Shown here: piece by piece, positions 30,987 to 39,762 of the stretch | How the letters are laid out: the number at the start of each line of letters is the position of its first letter | How positions within the stretch are numbered: the first letter of the stretch is position 1 | Notes under the pieces: model-generated | What the model was told of the DNA's origin: nothing | The model's input: only the letters and a program-made list of their open reading frames with translations | The model's database searches: none | Assembly: GCA_037200925.1 (NCBI GenBank) | Contig: JBBCGO010000001.1 | Coordinates: forward strand, 601,607 to 665,606 | DNA: 64,000 bases | Direction: 5' to 3' | Source of the DNA: Candidatus Doudnabacteria bacterium | Lineage (GTDB): Bacteria; Patescibacteriota; Doudnabacteria; UBA920; O2-02-FULL-48-8 | Position numbers and translations under genes: made by a program

Positions 30987-33453
30987 TTATATCAATGTCG
31001 TAGTCGCAACTTTATCTCCTGCATCTAGGGTCATGATTCTTACGCCTTGCGTAGCGCGGCCCAGGGTTGAGATCTTGGCCAGAGGCGTGCGCAGGGTTTG
31101 GCCGAGCTTACTGATGACGACCAGGTCGTGCTCTTCGGATTTGTCCACCACATGTAAGGATACGATCTTGCCGGTTTTGGGCGTGACTTTCAAAGTCTTG
31201 ATGCCGGAGCCGCCGCGATGCTGTTTTTTGTAGAACTTCAGATCGGTCTTTTTGCCCAAACCGTTTTCCGTGACGATCAAAAGCTGCACATTATCAATGT
31301 TATTTTTCTTGGATACCAGATCCATGCTGATCAGGACATCGTCTTTTTTCAATCGCATGCCTTTGACGCCTGCGGCAGTGCGGCCCATGGCGCGGACATC
31401 TTTTTCATCAAATCGGATTGCTTGGCCGTTGGAAGTAGAAAGGATAACGTCATCATCACCTGCAGAATATTTGACCCAGCGCAGTTCGTCCCCTGTTTTG
31501 ATCTTGATCGCGATGAGACCCGAGCGTCTGACCTTGGCAAACTCTTCAATAGCTGTTTTTTTGATCAAGCCTTTTTTGGTCGCCAGCACCAGGAACTTGG
31601 CCGGGATCTTTTTTGATAAGGTCAGCACTGAAGAGACCAATTCGTCGGTCGGCAGTTCCAGGAAATTGACCAAGGCCTGACCTCTGGCCACACGGGAAGC
31701 TTCCGGCAGTTCGTAAACTTTGGTCTGGAACACGCGGCCTTTGTTGGTGAAGAACAGGATATCATCATGAGTATTGGTCGTGTTGATCCATTCGACCACG
31801 TCCTCTTCCTTGGTGGTCATGCCGATGACGCCTTTGCCGCCGCGGCCCTGGGTTTTGTAAGTGTCAGGCGGCAAACGTTTGACGTAGCCTGATTTGGTGA
31901 TGATGACAATGGCCTGCTGTTCCGGAATCAGATCTTCGACTTTGAACTCGCCGATCGGCTGCTTGACCAGGGTCGTTTTGCGCGGATTATTGTATTTGTC
32001 TTTCAGTTCCAGCAGTTCGGTTTTCACCACGCCGCGGATCTTCTTTTCACTTTTCAGAAGCAGTTCCAGCTCTTCGATCAGTTTGCGTTTTTCTTTCAGT
32101 TCATCGTCAACTTTTTTGCGTTCCAGGCCGGCCAGTGCCCGCAGCTGCATCAATAAAATGGCTGCAGCTTGTTTGTCTGATAATTTAAATTTGCTTATCA
32201 AAGCCGCATGAGCCTCTTCCGTGGTATCAGATTTTCTGATGATTTGGATGACCGCGTCAATGTGGTCCAGAGCGATCTTCAAGCCTTCCAGGATGTGTGC
32301 GCGTTCTTTGGCGCGATTAAGATCGAAAACTGTTCTGCGCGTGATGATCTGGACTCGGTGCTTGATGTAATATTCCAGAATATTTTTCAGGTTCAAAACC
32401 TGCGGCTCGATCCCGTCCACCAGCGCCAGCATGTTGACGTGGAAAGTATCCTGCAAGGAAGAATATTTGAACAGCTGATTCAGGATTTTATTCGGCAGGC
32501 CTTCTTTTTTCAATTCAATGACGATCCGCACGCCGTCTTTGTCTGATTCATCGCGCAGATCTTTGATGCCCTCTATCTTTTTATCCTTGACCAGCTCCGC
32601 GAACTGTTCCAAGAGAGTTGCCTTGTTCACCTGATACGGGATCTCGTTGATGATGATCTTGTGCTGACCTTTTTCTTCCACGATCTCGGTGCGGGCGCGC
32701 ATGACAACCGGTCCTTTGCCCGTGGCGTAAACCTGCTTGATCGTGTTCCAGTCATAAATAAATCCGCCGGTGGGAAAATCCGGACCTTTCACGAATTCCA
32801 GCAGATCTTCCGTGGTGGCAGACGGCTCATCAATGAGCTTGACCGTGGCATCCACAACCTCGCCCAGATTATGCGGCGGAATGTTAGTCGCCATGCCGAC
32901 CGCAATTCCCAGAGTGCCGTTAAGCAGGAGGTTCGGCGCTTTGGCTGGCAGGACTTTTGGCTCCTGCCTTGTGGCGTCGTAGTTGTCCATCCAATCCACG
33001 GTTTCTTTATCCAAATCGGTCAGCATTTCTTCGGCCAGCGCCATCATGCGGGCCTCGGTATAGCGCATTGCGGCCGGCGCATCGCCGTCCATGGAGCCGA
33101 AGTTACCCTGCCCGTTCACCAGCGGGTACCGCATGGCGAATTCTTGGGCCATGCGAGCCATGGAATCATAGACCGCGGCATCGCCGTGGGGGGTGGTATT
33201 TGGCCAGCACTTCTCCGACCACAGCTGCGGATTTTCGGAATTTGGCATTGGAGCGAAGGCCGAGCTCTGACATGGCGTAAAGGATCCTTCGGTGCACAGG
33301 TTTGAGCCCGTCGCGCACATCCGGCAGGGCTCGCTGGACGATCACGCTCATGGCGTAATCCAAATATGACTCCTCCATTTCCCGTTCAATGGACCGGGGG
33401 TTGATCTGCCCTATATTTTTATCAATGGCTGCAGGTTCGTTAGGTTTGGCCAT
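30987..33453 (-). CDS. gyrA: DNA gyrase subunit A, frameshifted at a C6 run near 33188-33193
   Basis: The segment ...[11 protein letters not shown]...AKYHP|[15 protein letters not shown] spans the frame junction. GyrA beta-pinwheel repeats follow. Confidence 0.9.
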
Positions 33454-33458
33454 ATAGA

Positions 33459-34019
33459 TTAGTTCCTTAGGTTATTCGGTTTTCCCAGTTTTTTCAGATC
33501 CAGATCAAGTTTTTGGCTTAAGATCTGATCGGGAGAGCCTTCAAAAAACATTTGGTCAAAAGTAAGCTGGGCCGAAGCGCCATCAATTTTTGGAAAGACC
33601 AAAATTCCGAAGTTCTGAGTGTGTGAAAGAATTTTTTGCACGAACGGCTTGCCCTGTCTGTCCGTCATCTGGCTGGGTGCGATTGATGCGCCATTGGCGG
33701 TCAGGCTTATGTTGCTCAGGGACGAGACGTTCAAAATGTCGTCAGTTGTGTTATTAAAATTAAAGAATATTTTCAGGTTACCGGAACCGGTATCGACCCG
33801 TTCCACCGCGGCGTAATTAACTTTGGTTGAATTTGCACCTGCCGTGCTGGGCGATTTCAGCAGATCGCTGGTATCCAGATGTTTTATGCTTGACCTAAGG
33901 GTCAGGACCCACAGCCCGAATAAGATTATGGCCGCGACAACCACGCTCCCCCAGAGGATTTTTACCCGGGTATTGTACGGTTGTTTTTGCAGTTTGGTTA
34001 AAAAATCTTGAGCAGTCAT
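33459..34019 (-). CDS. Hypothetical membrane-anchored protein
   Basis: There is a single N-terminal TM. No recognisable domain was found. Confidence 0.35.
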   Translation of the reverse strand: MTAQDFLTKLQKQPYNTRVKILWGSVVVAAIILFGLWVLTLRSSIKHLDTSDLLKSPSTAGANSTKVNYAAVERVDTGSGNLKIFFNFNNTTDDILNVSSLSNISLTANGASIAPSQMTDRQGKPFVQKILSHTQNFGILVFPKIDGASAQLTFDQMFFEGSPDQILSQKLDLDLKKLGKPNNLRN

Positions 34020-34696
34020 CTTTGCGGCGTTAAAATGATCAGTTGGGTTTGCTCGCCTGTCAGATCTTTTTTCTTCAGGGTCAGTTTTTCTTCCTCGGTG
34101 TGCTTGCCGCCCATTTCCTGCAGAAACTTATCCAGCTTATCAAGGTTTAATGTAAGCCCCGCAGTTTTATAGCTGTGCGGAATGATAATGAACGGCTCAA
34201 GCTGGGTGGCGATCTTCGTGGCATTCTCATAGTCCAGGATCTGCTTGCCGCCGACCGGGACCAAGACAATGTCTGAGCCTTCGAGCGTTTCTTTTTGCTC
34301 GTCAGTCAGCGAAGCTTGCTTGATCGGCCCTAAAAAAGCGATCCTGATCCCTTCAACCTCTATGCTGTAGATCGTATTCTTGCCAAGTTCCTTGTTCTCA
34401 GCTTCGGTGCCGATCACAAACGCGTCTTTAATATCGTATTCCCCCGGACCGTCGATCATAAAAGGATTGCCGGAGATGGATGAAAAATTATTGCACCAGT
34501 CAAGCTCGGGATTTGTGCAAATGACAACATCAGCCGCTCCCCGCACAGCGGTGAGTCCAGTGGCTTTGCCGAACGGATCTGTAATAATGGTGATTTCACG
34601 GCCTGTGATTTTAAAGCTGGAAAGCCCAAACCAAGATATGGTCATAGATAGAAGATATAATTTGGAATATAGAAATTGGAATAAAAAGGCACTCAA
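34016..34696 (-). CDS. MBL-fold metal-dependent hydrolase (UlaG-like). An alternative start lies at 34645.
   Basis: The sequence ITIITDPF...VVICTNPELD...IIPHSY is typical of the metallo-beta-lactamase superfamily. Confidence 0.6.
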   Translation of the reverse strand: MSAFLFQFLYSKLYLLSMTISWFGLSSFKITGREITIITDPFGKATGLTAVRGAADVVICTNPELDWCNNFSSISGNPFMIDGPGEYDIKDAFVIGTEAENKELGKNTIYSIEVEGIRIAFLGPIKQASLTDEQKETLEGSDIVLVPVGGKQILDYENATKIATQLEPFIIIPHSYKTAGLTLNLDKLDKFLQEMGGKHTEEEKLTLKKKDLTGEQTQLIILTPQR

Positions 34697-34760
34697 ATGA
34701 GCCTTTAAATCCTCTATTATTTTAGCAAATTTTAGACATTTTTGGAAGCCCTAAAAGCCC

Positions 34761-34789
34761 TTGATTTTTGCCCGGATTTGGCTTATAAT
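34761..34789 (+). promoter_or_regulatory. Sigma70-like promoter: TTGATT, a 17-nt spacer, then TATAAT
   Basis: A perfect -10 hexamer lies 64 nt upstream of the rpsA ATG at 34853. Confidence 0.55.
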
Positions 34790-34852
34790 CGTAAGGCTAA
34801 GAAAGGGTTAAATCGTCGTAGCATCGAATGGTTTAACACCAACAAAATTATC

Positions 34853-35998
34853 ATGGCAAATACAGCAACCTTCACGGCAGATCCCAAGACCATGCAGGAG
34901 CTTTTGGCCCAGGAAGGCGTGGATATCAAGGTTCCCAAAGTTGGCGATGTCCTGGAAGCAAAAGTTTTGTCAGTAGGCAAAAATGAAGTTTTTGTGGACA
35001 TTGACGGGATAGGCTTAGGCGTGGTGCGGGGACGAGAGCTTTTTGACGAATCCGTCAGAGCCAGCTCCCTCAAGATCGGCGATCAGGTCATCGCTTCGGT
35101 GATAGAACCGGAGAACAAAGACGGCAATATTGAATTGTCATTCCGGGCAGCCGGCCAGGAACGCGTCTGGCAGACTTTGCAGGAGCGCTTAAAATCGCGC
35201 GAAGTGATCAAGACCAAGATCCTGGAAGCCAACAAAGGCGGGCTGATGGTGGAGGTTAATGGCGTCATCGGTTTCTTGCCGGTTTCCCAGCTTTCATCGG
35301 AACATTATCCGCGCGTGGAAGAAGGCGATAAGAATAAGATCCTGGGCGTACTCAAAAGTTATGTCGGCAAAATTTTTGACGTGCAGATCATCACTGCCGA
35401 TCCTGCGGATGAAAAATTGATAGTCTCGGAAAAAGCGGTCAGTGAAGAAGAACTGCGCTCCAAGATCGGTAAACTGCAATTGGGAGCCATAGTGGAAGGC
35501 GAAGTTTCCGGCATTGTGGACTTTGGGATATTCTTAAAGTTCGGCGAAGGCCTGGAAGGCCTGGTCCATATTTCCGAACTGGCCTGGACCCGAATTGACC
35601 ATCCGAAAGACCTGTTCCGCGTCGGCCAGAAAGTGCAAGCCCAGGTCATTTCCATTGACCGCGACCGCATCTCCCTGTCCATCAAGCGCCTGCAGCCTGA
35701 CCCGTGGGCGGAATCAATAAAAAAATACCAGGTCGGGCAGATTGTCCTCGGCAAGGTCACGAAAGTCATGTCATTCGGGGCTTTCGTGGAGCTGGACCCG
35801 GATATTTACGGTCTGGTCCACTCCGTGGAGCTTTCCAATGAAGAAGTCAAAGACCCGTCAGAATTAGTGAAGGTCGGCCAAGAGATGGAATTCAAGATAA
35901 TCTCTATTGAACCGCAGGAACACCGTCTGGGCTTGTCGCTCCGCGCAGTCGCATCCCCTGCTGAAGCACCTGAAGTTAAAGAAGAAAAAACCGCCTAA
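34853..35998 (+). CDS. rpsA: 30S ribosomal protein S1 (4 S1 domains)
   Basis: S1-fold repeats are present (GDVLEAKVLSV..., GAIVEGEVSGIVDFG..., GQIVLGKVTKVMSFGAFVEL). Confidence 0.8.
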   Translation: MANTATFTADPKTMQELLAQEGVDIKVPKVGDVLEAKVLSVGKNEVFVDIDGIGLGVVRGRELFDESVRASSLKIGDQVIASVIEPENKDGNIELSFRAAGQERVWQTLQERLKSREVIKTKILEANKGGLMVEVNGVIGFLPVSQLSSEHYPRVEEGDKNKILGVLKSYVGKIFDVQIITADPADEKLIVSEKAVSEEELRSKIGKLQLGAIVEGEVSGIVDFGIFLKFGEGLEGLVHISELAWTRIDHPKDLFRVGQKVQAQVISIDRDRISLSIKRLQPDPWAESIKKYQVGQIVLGKVTKVMSFGAFVELDPDIYGLVHSVELSNEEVKDPSELVKVGQEMEFKIISIEPQEHRLGLSLRAVASPAEAPEVKEEKTA

Positions 35999-36010
35999 CG
36001 GCGGTTTTTT
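35983..36010. terminator. Terminator hairpin AAAACCGCCTAACGGCGGTTTTTT
   Basis: A GC stem and T6 lie immediately after the rpsA stop. Confidence 0.65.
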
Positions 36011-36693
36011 CATAAATTATTTTCTATTGAGACCAGATCATCGTAGACAGTCCTGTTGTTGGCCACCCAATGATCTGCCGGCGGCTGCTTGTATAGTCCG
36101 TTCATTTGTTCAAAGCTCATCTGCGCATATTTGATCGGCGAGTGCAAAGGATATTTGTTTAAAAAATGATTCATGGTGATCACTCCATCGCCAAGGTTCG
36201 TGCCCATGTTCCAAGGGCTTGTTCCCCCGACCCCCCAGCAGTTGGATGTATCAATATGGTAATGCAGGCACATGGAGCTTTCGGCGTTGGACAGCGCCAC
36301 GATCTGTTTCCAGTTGCGGAGTGTGACCAAGGTTGAGGCATATTCGGCCAAGGGAGATCTTTGCTCCTGAAGATATGTCCGGACTTTGGATGTGAGCTCC
36401 TGCTGTCTCATCGCCTGCTGGCGTATCTGCGCCTGGTAATATTGATCGCTCAGTTCCAGGGAGCGCATATCCAGATAATCATTGAAGCTGGCATCGGACA
36501 GATCAAACACCAGTAAGGGTCCTATGTCCGGCTGATTGACTTTGGTGTCTGCAGCATAGGTTACGTGGGGGATAACGGTTGTGGACAGGCTGACCAAAAG
36601 AACGATCAGGACCAGTTTATGTTTCAGGGCAAGTGTAGTGAAGCTTGCTTTCAGCTGGGGAAATTTTATTTTAAAGATTATATCAAGATCCAT
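36010..36693 (-). CDS. Secreted protein with a C-terminal SNAES...C...NCWGVGG domain of unknown function
   Basis: An N-terminal TM/signal is present. The C-terminal domain is shared with the paralog at 40668..41252. Confidence 0.5.
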   Translation of the reverse strand: MDLDIIFKIKFPQLKASFTTLALKHKLVLIVLLVSLSTTVIPHVTYAADTKVNQPDIGPLLVFDLSDASFNDYLDMRSLELSDQYYQAQIRQQAMRQQELTSKVRTYLQEQRSPLAEYASTLVTLRNWKQIVALSNAESSMCLHYHIDTSNCWGVGGTSPWNMGTNLGDGVITMNHFLNKYPLHSPIKYAQMSFEQMNGLYKQPPADHWVANNRTVYDDLVSIENNL

Positions 36694-36835
36694 GGGAAAT
36701 TTAGGATACCAAATTCACATAAGCAACCATATCAGAATTATGTCCAATGGTCAATCTTAGCATGTGGATTGTTTGTGGGGTAATTTATTAGTCTTTAAAA
36801 AAAGACTAAAAAAAGCTATAATATTATTAATTCAC

Positions 36836-36885
36836 GAAAAAACTGAGTCGCAGGCGCAAAGGCGCCGAGAACAGTTTTTTCGAGA
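36836..36885 (+). repeat. U-type palindromic element (A5-CTGAGTCGCAG-hairpin-GAGAACAG-T6-CGAGAG)
   Basis: It has three further copies, at 22741, 57274 and 57422. The outer and inner stems covary between copies. Confidence 0.7.
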
Positions 36886-36950
36886 GAAGCAGCTGTAGAC
36901 CGTAGCGTATTTGCGAAGCAAATCGCGAAGTGTCTACCAGACTGCGACGA

Positions 36951-37024
36951 GGCGTCATGGCCGAGCGGTTAGGCAGAGGTCTGCAAAACCTTTTACACCG
37001 GTTCAACTCCGGTTGACGCCTCCA
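36951..37024 (+). tRNA. tRNA-Cys (GCA)
   Basis: The sequence folds into a cloverleaf with acceptor GGCGTCA/TGACGCC, anticodon loop CTGCAAA and T-arm ACCGG-TTCAACT-CCGGT. It ends with a discriminator T followed by CCA. Confidence 0.8.
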
Positions 37025-37029
37025 ATAAA

Positions 37030-37116
37030 GCCTGGGTGGCGGAACTGGCATACGCATGGGACTTAAAATCCCAGGCCCGCAAGGGATTGAGGGTTCGATT
37101 CCCTCCCCAGGCACCA
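37030..37116 (+). tRNA. tRNA-Leu (TAA)
   Basis: The acceptor is GCCTGGG/CCCAGGC and the anticodon loop is CTTAAAA. It has a long variable arm, the T-arm GAGGG-TTCGATT-CCCTC, and ends ACCA. Confidence 0.9.
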
Positions 37117-37326
37117 GAAATCGGAATCGAAGGGCAGAAGTGAAGCGAAGCTGAACGTCGACGAATGCGAGCAAGCGCAGCATTCGGCGCTGCCCCGGAC
37201 AGATTCCCTCCCCAGGCACCAGAAATCGGAATCGAAGGGCAGAAGTGAAGCGAAGCTGAACGTCGACGAATGCGAGCAAGCGCAGCATTCGGCGCTGCCC
37301 CGGACAGATTCCCTCCCCAGGCACCA
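37117..37326 (+). repeat. Two perfect tandem copies of a 105-bp unit, each an 85-bp structured D element plus an exact copy of the last 20 nt of tRNA-Leu
   Basis: The units at 37117-37221 and 37222-37326 are identical. Each ends gattccctccccaggcacca, matching tRNA-Leu 37097-37116. Confidence 0.85.
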
Positions 37327-37350
37327 GATTGATATACTATAACCATAACC

Positions 37351-39723
37351 ATGAATAAGAAAAATAAAATCTCCGCATCCAGTAAGAAAACCCTTAAGCT
37401 TAAAGTTTTAGCCAAGGAAAAGGAAGGTATCAGGCGCAGACTGGCTGTGACCGCAGGCAAACTTCGCCTTAAAGCCGAAAAACTTGCAGTGACGGCCAAA
37501 AAAAAGGAAAGCGTCAGGCGCAAGCTGGCCGTGAGGGCTAAGAGGCTTCCTATTAAAGCCGAAAAGTTGGCGGTAACAGCCAAAGAAAAGGAAAGTATCA
37601 GACGAAGGCTGGCTGTGACCGCAGAGAAACTTGCCATTACTGCCAAGGAAAAAGAAAGCATCAGGCGCAACCTGGCTGTGACCGCAAGACAACTTGCCAG
37701 AACAGCGAAAGAAAAAGAAAGCGTTCGGAACAAGCTGGTGGTAACGGCAGAGAAACTTGCTATAACAGCTAAGGAAAGAGAAAGCATCAGGCAAAATCTT
37801 GCCGTAACCGCCAAGGAAAAAGAAAGCGTTCGGAACAAGCTGGTGGTAACGGCAGAAAAGCTGGCTGTGACCGCCAAGGAAAAAGAAAGTGTGAGGCGCA
37901 ATTTGGCTGTGACCGCCAAGGAAAAAGAAAGCGTTCGGAACAAGCTGGTGGTTACTGCTAAAAAGCTCGCAATTACCGCCAAGGAAAAAGAAAGCGTTCG
38001 GAACAAGCTGGTGGTAACGGCAGAAAAGCTGGCTGTGACCGCCAAGGAAAAAGAAAGTGTGAGGCGCAATTTGGCTGTGACCGCCAAGGAAAAAGAAAGC
38101 GTTCGGAACAAGCTGGTGGTTACTGCTAAAAAGCTCGCAATTACCGCCAAGGAAAAAGAAAGCGTTCGGAACAAGCTGGTGGTAACGGCAGAGAAACTTG
38201 CTATAACAGCTAAGGAAAGAGAAAGCATCAGGCAAAATCTTGCCGTAACCGCCAAGGAAAAAGAAAGCATCAGGCGCAACCTGGCTGTGACCGCAGAGAA
38301 ACTTGCCATTACTGCCAAGGAAAAAGAAAGCATCAGACAGAACTTGGCAGTGACAGCCAAGGAAAAAGAAAGCATCAGACAGAACCTGGCTGTGACTGCC
38401 AAGGAGCTTGCCGTAACCGCCAAGGAAAAAGAAAGCATCAGACAGAACTTGGCAGTGACAGCAAAAGAAAAAGAAAGTATCAGGGAAAACCTGGCAGTGA
38501 CAGCAAAAGAAAAAGAAAGTATCAGACAGAACCTGGCTGTGACAGCAGAAAAACTGGCCGTGACTGCCATAGAAAAAGAAACAATGATCGCCAGTATCGG
38601 GGAGGGGCTTATTGCTACCGATGAAAAAGGAATTATTACCGTTATAAATAATACGGCTGAAAAACTGCTTGATATTAAAAGCGAAGAAGTTATAGGAAAA
38701 GTTTTTTCCGAAGTGATCCCTATGGAAGACGAAAAAGGAGCATCAATTCCGCCCCAAAAACGTCCTATGATCATGGCTTTGACAGCCGGTACGACTACCA
38801 GCACAACAACAGAGGGCGCAAGCTATTATTACGTGCGGAAAGACAAAACAAAATTTCCGGTCGCAATGGTGGTGACGCCTATTATTCTTGACAGCAAGGT
38901 CATCGGGACCATTGAAGTTTTCCGTGATATCACGCGGGAAAAAGAAGTTGACCGGGCTAAAAGCGAATTTGTGTCGCTTGCTTCTCATCAGCTCCGCACT
39001 CCGCCCACGAGCATGAAATGGTTTTTGGAAATGCTGCTTTCCGGTGAGGTCGGAGAATTAAACGAAAAACAGAGAGAATATTTCGAAGAGGTGTATAGGA
39101 ACAATCAGCGGATGATAACCCTTGTTAATACACTGCTTAATGTGTCGCGGATCGATCTTGGTGTGTTCGCCATTCAGCCCGAACCAACCGACGTAGTAGC
39201 CCTCACCAAGGGAATAATTGAAGAAATGAACCCGCAAATACACGAAAAAGAATTGCGCGTGAATGAAAAATATTCGAAGAACCTTCAAAAGATTTTCGTT
39301 GATCCGAAACTCATAAGCATCGCGATACAAGATGTTGTCAGCAATGCGGTGAAATATACGCCGCCGAAAGGAACTATTGATGTGGAGATCTCCTTGAAAC
39401 AAAACGGTGAGAGTATCGGAGGCCGATTGATCAAAAAAGACAGTTTGGTCGTATTTATATCGGACACCGGCTACGGTATTCCCAAAGACCAGCAGGATAA
39501 GATCTTTACCAAGCTTTTCCGCGCTGACAATGTGAAAGAAAAGGATACGGACGGGACAGGATTAGGGCTGTACCTGGCCAAGTCTATCATTGACCACGCC
39601 CAAGGGAATATTTGGTTCGAGTCTGAACTGAACAAGGGATCGAAATTCTATCTTACGATCCCGCTCGAAGGCATGAAGAAAAAAGAAGGAATAACAAAGA
39701 TCACCAGCGGTTCTACCGGTTAG
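37351..39723 (+). CDS. Cytoplasmic sensor histidine kinase with about 400 aa of N-terminal near-identical coiled-coil tandem repeats, then PAS, HisKA and HATPase domains
   Basis: The H-box SHQLRTP is present, with the N/G boxes (DTGYGIP, GTGLGL). A PAS domain carries a Thr-rich insert. The N-terminal region consists of 14-aa LAVTAKEKESVRRN units. Confidence 0.8.
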   Translation: MNKKNKISASSKKTLKLKVLAKEKEGIRRRLAVTAGKLRLKAEKLAVTAKKKESVRRKLAVRAKRLPIKAEKLAVTAKEKESIRRRLAVTAEKLAITAKEKESIRRNLAVTARQLARTAKEKESVRNKLVVTAEKLAITAKERESIRQNLAVTAKEKESVRNKLVVTAEKLAVTAKEKESVRRNLAVTAKEKESVRNKLVVTAKKLAITAKEKESVRNKLVVTAEKLAVTAKEKESVRRNLAVTAKEKESVRNKLVVTAKKLAITAKEKESVRNKLVVTAEKLAITAKERESIRQNLAVTAKEKESIRRNLAVTAEKLAITAKEKESIRQNLAVTAKEKESIRQNLAVTAKELAVTAKEKESIRQNLAVTAKEKESIRENLAVTAKEKESIRQNLAVTAEKLAVTAIEKETMIASIGEGLIATDEKGIITVINNTAEKLLDIKSEEVIGKVFSEVIPMEDEKGASIPPQKRPMIMALTAGTTTSTTTEGASYYYVRKDKTKFPVAMVVTPIILDSKVIGTIEVFRDITREKEVDRAKSEFVSLASHQLRTPPTSMKWFLEMLLSGEVGELNEKQREYFEEVYRNNQRMITLVNTLLNVSRIDLGVFAIQPEPTDVVALTKGIIEEMNPQIHEKELRVNEKYSKNLQKIFVDPKLISIAIQDVVSNAVKYTPPKGTIDVEISLKQNGESIGGRLIKKDSLVVFISDTGYGIPKDQQDKIFTKLFRADNVKEKDTDGTGLGLYLAKSIIDHAQGNIWFESELNKGSKFYLTIPLEGMKKKEGITKITSGSTG
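37411..38566 (+). repeat. Coding tandem repeat with a 42-bp unit (14 aa = 2 heptads), about 27 copies, and higher-order 168-bp near-perfect duplications
   Basis: Identical blocks such as gtgaggcgcaatttggctgtgaccgccaag recur at 37891 and 38059. Confidence 0.9.
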
Positions 39724-39762
39724 GAATTCATTGACATTGCAGCTTGTGCTATAATTCAGGCT

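Noticed and set aside
36827-37324. 165-aa minus-strand ORF spanning tRNA-Cys, tRNA-Leu and the 105-bp tandem units
   Set aside because: It overlaps two well-folded tRNA genes and an exact tandem repeat. The translation is a repeated low-complexity artefact.
37117-38566. Tandem repeats considered as a possible CRISPR array
   Set aside because: There are no spacer-like unique sequences between the repeats. The 105-bp units are perfect tandem copies ending in a tRNA fragment. The 42-bp units are in-frame coding repeats of a kinase.
36993-38804. Long minus-strand ORFs (603 aa and 275 aa) covering the histidine-kinase repeat region
   Set aside because: They are antisense to a kinase whose C-terminal catalytic domains are unambiguous. 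The stop-free frames are a by-product of the 42-bp tandem repeat and not separate genes.
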